DNA from: Yuukianura sp. NJ FZ-2021
Lineage: Eukaryota
Length of the DNA stretch: 30,967 nt
Direction: 5' to 3'
Assembly: GCA_046563655.1 (NCBI GenBank)
Contig: CM102285.1
Span: 15,314,001 to 15,344,967 of the forward strand
This document shows positions 21,786-30,967 of the stretch, piece after piece (position 1 is the first letter of the stretch; every line of letters begins with the position of its first letter). The position numbers were made by a program, and so were the translations under genes. The notes below the pieces were generated by a model that had not been told where the DNA came from, searched no databases, and worked only from the letters and a program-made list of their open reading frames with translations.

Positions 21786-24700
21786 TTAGACAAAAACTTC
21801 AGTTTTAACGGAAGGATCTTGTTCGGTTTGGGGTTGATCTTGATTTTTGGACGTCATGTTGTTATTGCAAAAGTCAGCTTCAGTGTTGGTGCACTTGTCT
21901 GATGAATCACTTAGAGTAGATTGAGACACAGAATGACGCAGTTCATCCGGAAGGGAGTTTCTGCGCTGACGAAGGGGCACTGCAGTCTCCTCGGCAGAAG
22001 TCTGTCTTTGCATGGACGCTTGACTCGCCTTGGAAGTCATCCCTTTCAGTTTCTTGACCATCAGTTCCTGCTTCTCCTTGGACAGTCTCCTGCCGTTGTG
22101 TTCTCTTAAGGGCACAGTCCTCAAGTACTCTGCCTTGGCATCACTCACTTCAGAAATCGTTTGGTAGGGGTCGTCACTGTCGCTTTCACTCGCCCCTCCG
22201 TCAGTAGTGGACTGGACGACACTGTCAAGGGCTCTGAGAGCTGCATTAGGACTCGTTTCACTTGAAGATGAGGATTGAGGGGGGAGGGGTGGTAACTGAG
22301 AAGTGGGGGGCGGGGGAGAGGCTTTTCTGGGGAAGATGGAGGACGTGGTGGGGTGAGTGCTTTTGGAACTTCTGTTGGTGGAGCTGGTGGAGTAGGGAGA
22401 GCCATCGCCCTCCTCGATGGGACTCAGCATGAGGTGGGCCTCAGACAGGTCAATGTTGGACGGAGGTGGGGAGGGGATGAGCTGAGTCTGTTTTGGTTGT
22501 TGATTTGGATGATTGGTTTGACTCCGTTCGGAATTCCATTGGAACTGACTGCACTGAGGGAGTAGACATTTGGAGTGACGTTGTTGTTAGGAAGTGTCGC
22601 AGGAGATGGTTTGACGTTGATGTTCTTGTGCAGTTTCCCTGCGAGAGGAATGTTGTCTCCACCAGGGGTTGTTAGGCTGATTTGCGTTTCCTTTGCTACG
22701 TCAGGCGTTGGGACGCGTGGTCTGGAATGACAAAAAAAAAAATTCAAAAGTTTAAAAAACAACTTGAAGTTAATTTGATTTACTAAATTCGTAATTTACT
22801 GGTAGAGTTAGAATGGTTTTAATGAGAGAGGTTAATGACTGTGTCATTTGGAAAATAGAGTGAGGCCAGCTAGTTCATTTAAACTTTAATCGGTTGCATG
22901 TTTGATTCTTCAAATAAATGTAGGTCGATCATTTGCGAAATGAGAAATGGAAGTGTTGTACCTTGCTTGTGGCGTCAAGAGTGTGTCCATGGGCGGTAGA
23001 CTGCCATTGGGTAGAGCCCTTGAAGGGACCCTTGGTGCGCTTTTGTCCTTGGATGAGCGACGATTCATGAGTTTGTCGTAGATGGACATGCGTTGTCCCG
23101 AGTTCTTGACGACACTAGGCAGTCCGCCGTTGTTGTGTAGCTGGTGCACTCTGTTTTTCCCAAAGAGAGAAGAAGAGGAAGAGTTGGAGCGAAAACTCTC
23201 GACTCGCGACAGTTGGCGCTGAATCCACGTCTTCCGGTTGTCACCCAACGGAGACTCGGCCACACTCTCCTGTAACCACAAATTCATTTGTAACTTTCTC
23301 CGAAAAACTTTTGTAGAAAAAGTGTTTTTGGTGGAAAGTAGTACCAGATCAGCATAGACTTCGTCCGGGATGACGCTGGAGTGTCTCTTCCCTGCTGGGA
23401 GGTTGTCGTAGACGGATTCACTAGCTTTGATTTTCATGGAGGCCGTTGACCCCTGCGGTTCTTTCCTTCTGAATTGACCTGAAGCGTGGTTGTAGGGCAG
23501 TTCTGCTGGAACGACTTGCTCCCAATACTGGTCTCTTAAAAGTTCGGGATGCTCCTCGTGCATCTCATCCACCACCATGTAGGACACCTAATACACTCCG
23601 AGTTAATTCCTGTGTTTAGGAAGTGGTCAAACCAGTTAGTTACCTGAATGTGTCTGTCGATGAGCCAGTTGAGTTCAAAGTCATCGTCATCTTCTCCGAA
23701 GGGGTTGATGAGCGTCTCTGCCACTTTGAGCCATCCCACGTAGAAGATAAACTGAAACAGACACACATTTCATCAAAATACGACGCTTTTCTTAGAAAAC
23801 AAAGTGCGTTTGGGATTTGTTGGAATGGAATGTGGAGAAAGTTCGAGTTTTTGAGTACCTGAAGTGAGAGGAAGATGGGGAAGTAGAGATCCAGTTCGTA
23901 TCCTGGGTAGATCCTCGTCCTACTTGCGTCATCATCCGGATGAACCCATTGCCTGCCGAACAGAGCTGCGATGAAGTAGGTGTACACTGCAAGGGTCACG
24001 ACCTAAAACAGACAAATTGAAAATGTTTCCAGGGGGGACTTAAGACTTAAGGGTACCTGAGTGTAGACGAGGGGCACGCTGACAGTGTCGTAGATCATGA
24101 CTCTGCCCAGAAGGCGTCTGAAGTCAGACAGTTCCATGATGATGGTCTGGAGCATTTGGTCCGACTGAATCCGCCCTTCGAGTCTCGCTCGGTTGACCAA
24201 GTTGGAAGCCCACACTGTTGGCATCCAGAACTTGGACACTGTCGTCTTCTCCTCAAACTTGTCAAAGATCTTCTTCTCACTCTCCATCATCAGACCTACA
24301 AGTATTCAAGGACAGCATTAACAAATTTAGCAAGGACGCACCCCAGATAGACCTGTTTAAAACTTGTTGTTTCACTATGAGGCAACAAAAATATTTTTTG
24401 AAATTTTCACACTGGACTTTTAGAATTTCTCGGATCTCGTTGAGAAACTTATTTTTTGTCAAATTCCAAATTTGTTTTCTCCTTTTTTTTAATTTTTGCG
24501 ACGCTTCACGCCATTCCGAAGAGGAAACTCAGAAACTGAACCCAATAATTTTTTCCTCCCCCGAAGGAGGTTTTGTTTGTCAAATTCTATTTTTTCTCTT
24601 ATTAGATTCTGCCCTTAAGAGGCGGAAATGCATTCGCAAATTGTTTTTTCTTTTTTTTGACTGTTGATGACGTTTGAACGTGAAAGAATAGAGGGATTGT

Positions 24701-27491
24701 GTAGCCTAAGTCTTTGCATGTCTCTTTTGTGTGAAAGGGATGAATGGCGTTTAATTATTTGGCACTTGGACACTTCATCTCCACACGGAGGAAAACAAAG
24801 CGTTGAGAGTTAATTTGGAATTTGGTAATTGCAGCCGCCGTGACTTTGAAGTCTGGGAATGGTTGAAGGCAGAAGAAGATTTCCTTATAAAAAGTGGTGG
24901 GGAAACGAGTCATGAATTGGCGTGAATTGGCAATTTGTGCCGAGGGGTGGCCTCCCCCAATCAATCTCCTCCTTTGTAAAAAGTCCAATAATTAATGGCG
25001 TTAATGAAGCGAGGAGAGAAATTGAGCAGAAGTTGTATTAGTCAGGGCCATTTGTCTCCGAATGGCTGGGGGATTTGCATTTGTCAACATTTCCACATGA
25101 AAGGATTCCACTCTTTAGTTGAATCAAGGTTTTGTGGAATTGCCCAATTGTTGTCAAACACTTTTCCACTTTTAAGTTTCATCTTTGAGAGGACGCGTGG
25201 AGAGCAGCTTAATAAATTAGTGTAATGTTGGATGAGGGTGTGTCAATTCCTGGAATCACTTTCAGTTACCTGCGTCCACCAGATGCTGGAGAGATGGAAA
25301 TCTTTTCTTGACGCGGAAGCTGATGCGTTGGAGGGTGATGATGAAGGCGAGCATGGTGTAGCGCATGATGGTGCGTCTGAGGATTCTGCCACGCTCATCC
25401 TGTTACGCAAACAAAAACATTCAATTAGCACCCACTTCTCAACTGCATTGGGAGGTTAGGAAGTCAAACAGGGCAACGGTATAATTGTTTGAACTTGTCA
25501 TTCACTCATCTCCACCTCCTTTAATTCCCATTTGACACTTGAAGGGGGATGAATTTGGAGAGTGACACAATTCGAAGGCTATAAAGTTGAGATTGCAGTT
25601 GGAAAATGTGGTAATGGATGTGCATGATTTTAGATTGGAATCCCCTGATGACACAATCAACCTTGGCACTTCTCTTCCATTCTTTGACAAATGTCTATTG
25701 AGGATGTCTATTTTTGTAAACTCATGACAGTGTAATTGGTGTGTCAATTTCAGAGTGGAATTGAGTGATTGAGTGTTTGTGTATTTGGATTCGTCGGTTA
25801 ATTTCCTGGTTTGGGTTGATACCGTTAAGGGTCCTTAAATGGAATGAGATTTATTGCACTCTGGCACTTGACCATTCACAGCCACTCTACCAACATTCAC
25901 ATCCTCCATTTCACACCTCGCTTTTCATTTTCTTGGAAACTACAACTCTAAATTCATCAAACTAATATTAAGGGCGGTTTTCTTTTAAAGCAACTTCATT
26001 AATTCATTCTTTTTGTCAACGATTAAATTAATTGATTTTTTTACATCTTGCGGTTACACCAAAATTGGTGATTTTTAATTTTTTGTATGTGGAAAGGAAT
26101 GTGGAACCCTGCTGAAAGTGTTCCTGTGCAGAATTGAGTAATTGAGTGTGTAGTTTAGATTTTGGAGTTGAAGCGTAGTGTCCGGTGGAATTGGTGGTTG
26201 TGTAATTAAAACGTGGATGTTTTTTGTTGAGGGATGATTGTTCTGGGAAGTGAACAATGGAATTTGGAACAGGAGTTTGGACACCTCAACAACAGAGGCA
26301 GAACAATCGACTCAAGAGTCTGTCACTCTAGTGATTGATTGTGGGGAGACAATGGACTTTCTTAGTAAAAGTGAATATTAGAGGTCAAGGGCAGTACCTG
26401 TCCATGGAGAGATGAGCTGATGTAGAGAGCGAGGTTGTCTGGCTGAGGGAGGAGCCAGTACTGCTCCCACCATCGCTTCACGATCAGTGACACGTAGAAC
26501 CCCAACACAAAGGACATCGGGATGCTCTCGATCTGCTTGCTGCAGTACACTTTCACCTTCTCAAAACTCCTGCAATTTAAATTCACTTTTCATCCCTTGA
26601 CCTTTGACCTTGGCACTTGCAATTTCTCACTCTCTCTGCTCCTTGTCCATGCCAAATCTGTAGATGAGGTTGAAGATAAAGTAGAGGAACAGGTAGGCCA
26701 GCAGTTCTCGCCAAATCAACTTGTACACACTCCCCTTCCATCTGAAAACACACATTTAAATGAGTTACACCCTCTTTTAATTAAATAAATCTAATTTAAT
26801 TTGTACTTTCAATGTTAACTCAAGGAAAAGCGGGTGACATTGAACATTGAGGGAAATGAGTCATTCAGAGGCTTGACCTCCACAAGGTCAGCGAGAGAGG
26901 TCAGGTCAGCGTAGTTGAATTGGTTCCGCTTTAGGGAGACTTGTGGCGTCACTTTGTGTTGTGTTGAGAGGAAAGTGAGGAATTTCGAACAAGGTCAATG
27001 TCCCTTGTCACCTTGAGGAATTTAGGCTCAATCCCACAATTCCTCTCAACTATCCCTTAAATGGTCTTTAAAATCCACTTTCAAGGGAAATGTAAAGCAC
27101 CGCTAGAAAGCACATTTCACTTGTAACTTTTCTCCCCAAACACCCACAAAACCTCTAACTCTGCATTCTTTGTCACACAAGGTCATCTTTTCCATACACT
27201 TCCAAATCCAAGGTTCATTCCAGATCATAGACATTCTCAACGTTTAGGTTTGAAGTTAGAGCGAGTGAAGATGATTTTGTTGAATGTGATTTTGGACAAA
27301 GTAAATTACAGTTGCGGATAATAATGGTAGGAAGTAATAATACGCAGTTTGAATTGCTATCGTCATAAACTGGTCATGTTGGTTAAGCCTTTTAGAAAAG
27401 ATGTATTGTTGGATGGTTACCTGTGGAGAATCTTCCAGAAGCATCCGAAGCTGCTTCCGTTGGCCACATCTCCCGTGTAGGACACTGTCAT
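21786..27491 (-). CDS. Bestrophin family Ca2+-activated chloride channel with long C-terminal tail; exons approx. 27421-27491, 26631-26741, 26398-26569, 25269-25399, 24057-24295, 23859-24002, 23644-23751, 23345-23587, 22962-23269, 22550-22721, 21786-22487
   Basis: Translation reads [41 protein letters not shown]..., [37 protein letters not shown] (RFP motif), [22 protein letters not shown] and the Ca-clasp [28 protein letters not shown]. It ends ...KTEVFV*. The last intron (22488-22549) is inferred, and the paralog number is not assigned. Confidence 0.93.
26382..27185. promoter_or_regulatory. Candidate intronic enhancer: cluster of nuclear-receptor AGGTCA half-sites plus an AP-1 site
   Basis: AGGTCA/TGACCT at 26382, 26598+26605 (perfect DR1), 26874, 26885, 26898, 26903, 26992 and 27180. 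TGAGTCA at 26857. Confidence 0.35.
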
Positions 27492-29207
27492 GGTGGGTCA
27501 GAGGCACTTGTCAGGAACTGTGTGACTGGAGTGGGTTCATTTGTGTTGTTCTGTCAAACAATGAGGAGTTATGAGGTCTTTGTTGAACATAAACAAAAGT
27601 ACAAAGTGGAGTGATTGAGAAGGAGGAATCCCTCCTCACTTTCCATCAGAATGGAAGAGCAGATGAAGTGGTCCCAAGTGCCCACTTAACTGCTCCTCTT
27701 CTGAAGAAAGTATGTGTGACCTCTACTCTTGTCCAGACTGACTCACCAGGACCCTTTGTTTTATGGCTGAGGTGCATTAAAGAGCAGCACGTACTTGGTC
27801 GTGACTTTGAGATCCATTTGTCACGTTCAACAGGATTCACTTCTAACTTCATCAACGCCTCTTTCACGAATCGTAAAAAGGAATTAAGAAGGAATTGGCC
27901 ATGATCTCATTCCAGTTTCCTTTTTATGAAACAGAGAATAAGTGCCCATAATCAATTTGGCATTAAAAGAAACTACAAGTTGGGATTCCACGTCAATTAA
28001 ATTCCAAAATGGCAACCTCCAGTTTCCAATGAAATTCAAGTCTCTCGCTTCTCTTTCTTCAACATTTGGACAAAAATTTGGTTTTGAGTGGAATTTGTGA
28101 ATTTCATATTGGATATTGAGTAGAATGTTGAAATCTATTTGTCTTACCACAGTGTGTGAGACTAGGTTGATGGTTTTGAATCCATGGGAGGGGCAGCCTT
28201 AAGAATGTTTGGATGAATGCCACAAACTCACTTTCACTTTTCACCTACAGAATGTTGGGAAAATGAGGAGAAAGAGTGTAATTGTTGCTGTGTTGAGGTG
28301 GAATGGTCAAGTGTCAACTGTTCCTTGCACATCTCTCCATCTCCTCAATTCTCTCAACCTCCCCACTCCCCCTGCAACAATCAAACCCCTGGAATCTGCA
28401 CTCCACAGCCATCGACGTTTCTGTCGCTTTCAACCACTCTACCCATCCGTGTCCAGCTCACTTCCACTCTTGATCGCATGACAACTTCAAATACGAATTT
28501 AGACTTTCAATGGCATCCTCACCCTTTGTCACAATTTCCAATTGTAAACCTCCTCTGTGGAAACTTATCCACTTGTGACTGGGATTAGAAGCACGTAGAG
28601 ACTCAGTAGGCAGAGGATTTGATGCGACCTCAACTACAGTTGGAGTTAGGATGGAGAATGTGGTGTTTTCCTTACTTTTGGTTAGTCTGGACTCACGATG
28701 TTTTTTGGAGAGAGTGAGAGAGGGATGAGGGTGGGGGTTGATTGACTTTTGATTTGAGGGTGGTTTGGTGAGTGACCCACTTGGACTGTCCCATTTACAA
28801 CCAACGTGTCACTGCAATTACTCCTTAGCAAACCGGATCTCTTTCACTTCGTTTTCCTCAAAACACACACCAACACTTCAAGTCAAACACTCTCACACTC
28901 GAGTCTTTACTTTCAACCCCAAATCACTCCAAAGCCAATTTACAACAATCTACAACTGGAATCAAACAGTGTCTATTTGAGCGATTCATTCAAAGTCCAA
29001 CGCTAGTCACTCACAAATTGTTTATATTTGAGGTGTTTGGGAAAAGTTAGTGAATAGTGGTCCAAAAATGGTTTCTTGATCAGAAGATGTGGAAGGAAGG
29101 ATTTGCTATTTCCGTGGACACTTGAAACAGTAGATGGGGCAACCGGAAATTAAATTCCTTTGAGGAAGATGGTAGTTAGAGAAAGGACTTGGAGCGACTG
29201 GTGTGCC

Positions 29208-30730
29208 ATGGAGGTCCTTGTGCTTTCACTTTTCACTTTCTTGGGGTCAGTGGGTGGATCAGAACATGGTAAGAATTGAAATCCGAAAGTAGAGAGGAAT
29301 GGAGGTTGACTCGTACTGTTGCGTAGGTCACTTCATCTCGTGCCACAGGATCTTTGCGAGTGCAGAGGGAGTCATCCTCTCCCCAAACTACCCCTCCAAC
29401 TATCCACTGAGTCAGCACTGCGTCTACGACATCGCAAGACCATCTTCCGACATCTGCGGCATCCAACTCACATGTAACTTTCTTTTTAGTCTTCTCTCCA
29501 CTCTCCTCTCTCACTTGTGTCTGTTTCAGTCGAGGCCTTTGACCTTGAACCTCCAGACCCCTATGACGGATTCTGCAAGAAAGACTGGCTGGCCATCGAC
29601 TCTTGCGTGCCCGAAGGGGGGGCCAGATTCTGTGGCAACCAAACTGGAGCCACTTGTGAGTCCATCTTAGCATCTCTTTCCAACAAGTAGAAATGCATTT
29701 GTGTTTTGTTCGTAGACGAGTATCCGTTCCATGGATCTGCAGACGCCTTTCGGTTGTTATTCCACTCGGACAACTCGAGTGGCTACCCGGGTTTCAAGGT
29801 GCAGTACAAAGTGCTGAGGAGATGTGGGAATGGAATCTACTGGGACCCTCCAGTGTCCTCCATCCCAGGACCCTTCCCTCCTCCAGTCCCCTGCTTCACG
29901 CAAGTCACTGACAGGAAGGGCTCCATCAACTCTCCCTTCTTCCCACACAAGTACCCACCCAATCTAGACTGCGTCTACGAATTCATCAGGTCAAATTCAT
30001 TCAACTAGAGGTCTAAATTCCTCATCGCTTTCTCCAAATCCCCATTTCGGATTTTGATGAATTTTTATTGAAAAATTCAGATTTTGACGAATTTTTATTG
30101 AAAAATTCAGTGAAAAATTCGGATTTAAATCCGCAACCAACAAAAACAGTCGAAGTTACATCTGGAAAAAAAAATCCGGATTTATTTCCAAAATAAAAAT
30201 CCGAATTTATTTCCGGATTAAAAATCCGAATTTACATCCGGAACAAATATCCGGATTTACACCCCCTAACTAAATACAACTCTATTTGTCCATTTACTCA
30301 CTTTCTGTTTCCATGAAGGGAGTCTCCGTTCACTTGCGGAATTCAAATGCGAGTGTTGGCCTTTGACCTGGACTTTCCTCAGCAGACGCAGCTAGGTGGG
30401 GCCTGTCTCGACTTTTTCATCTCCCCGGCTGCGGCTTCCTCTGCGGCAACTTCAGATTCTCATGCAAGTACTTTCAATTCAAACTTTGTTCTGGTGCTCA
30501 CAAAGTGTGTGGTTGTAGGGATTGCCAAGTTCCAGCCTGGAGCCACCTCTCTCAAGTTCCACTTTCACTCGGACGAAAGTGTGGAGAGGTCAGGGTTCAA
30601 GATCTCCTTTGAGCAGCTCTTTGACTGCACGCAGCAATCCTTGTCGCAACATCCCTTCCACAACCACTACTCTCGCACTAACCTCTTCCAATCCATACAC
30701 ACGCCTGTCTCCAAACCATTCTCTTACTAG
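29208..30730 (+). CDS. Secreted protein with two CUB domains; exons 29208-29268, 29327-29473, 29530-29655, 29716-29989, 30319-~30463, 30519-30730; apparent 1-nt frameshift near 30411-30420
   Basis: GCCATGG start and signal peptide MEVLVLSLFTFLGSVGG. CUB1 is CHRIFASAEGVILSPNYPSNYPLSQHCVYDI...FEAFDLE...CKKDWLAI...RFCGN...LLFHSDNSSGYPGFKVQY. CUB2 is CFTQVTDRKGSINSPFFPHKYPPNLDCVYEF...LAFDLD...FHFHSDESVERSGFKISF. Confidence 0.85.
30006..30268. repeat. Intronic repeat array (30-bp tandem duplication plus self-complementary AAATCCG[G/A]ATTT units); possible decayed MITE
   Basis: 30051-30080 and 30081-30110 differ at one base. ATCCGGATTT/ATCCGAATTT units recur at ~30172-30260. The ends (TAGAGGTCTAAAT / ATTTACACCCCCTA) are loosely complementary. 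Confidence 0.55.
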
Positions 30731-30967
30731 AACAATAAACCATTTGGGAATGATTGTTACTTTTACTCTCTATTTTTCATCTACTCAAGTGAGGAAGATC
30801 TTAGTTGCTCCTTTGACTACGGTTCACTCCTGGAGGCCCTGCAGTGGGCAGCACATCTTAAACTACACACTGAATGTCCAGTGCAAAATTAACATAACTA
30901 GTTTAACTTAAGTTAAGCACAGAGTCACTAGTCACTACTTTTGTTGTGTCAAAGCTCTTCCTTCAGA

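Noticed and set aside
22400..22412. 13-bp match AGCCATCGCCCTC to window position 1-13
   Set aside because: Too short, lies in unrelated coding sequence and does not extend. Likely chance.

Overview
Eukaryotic (invertebrate, probably arthropod) genomic DNA with compact GT-AG introns of mostly 55-90 nt, so most ORF-track entries are exon fragments or antisense shadows. The first ~10.9 kb is a giant inverted duplication. Its left arm is 1-4946 (cut by the window edge), its right arm is 4957 to at least 10866, and the spacer is only 10 nt. Each arm carries the 3' end of an adhesion GPCR gene, a complete UBE2W gene and the 3' half of NOL10. The apex lies inside a NOL10 intron, so two headless NOL10 halves sit head-to-head. 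The arms differ: coding changes in UBE2W and NOL10 are mostly synonymous, divergence is patchy, one splice donor is GC versus GT, and the right arm has an 881-bp PIF/Harbinger-type MITE. This looks like two diverged alleles joined by a fold-back, either as a real allelic palindrome or as an assembly chimera. The rest of the window holds the full 18-exon adhesion GPCR (CUB-EGF-SEA-like-Ig-Ig-HRM-GAIN-7TM, with a non-canonical GPS), a bestrophin gene, and a secreted two-CUB protein gene with an apparent 1-nt frameshift.
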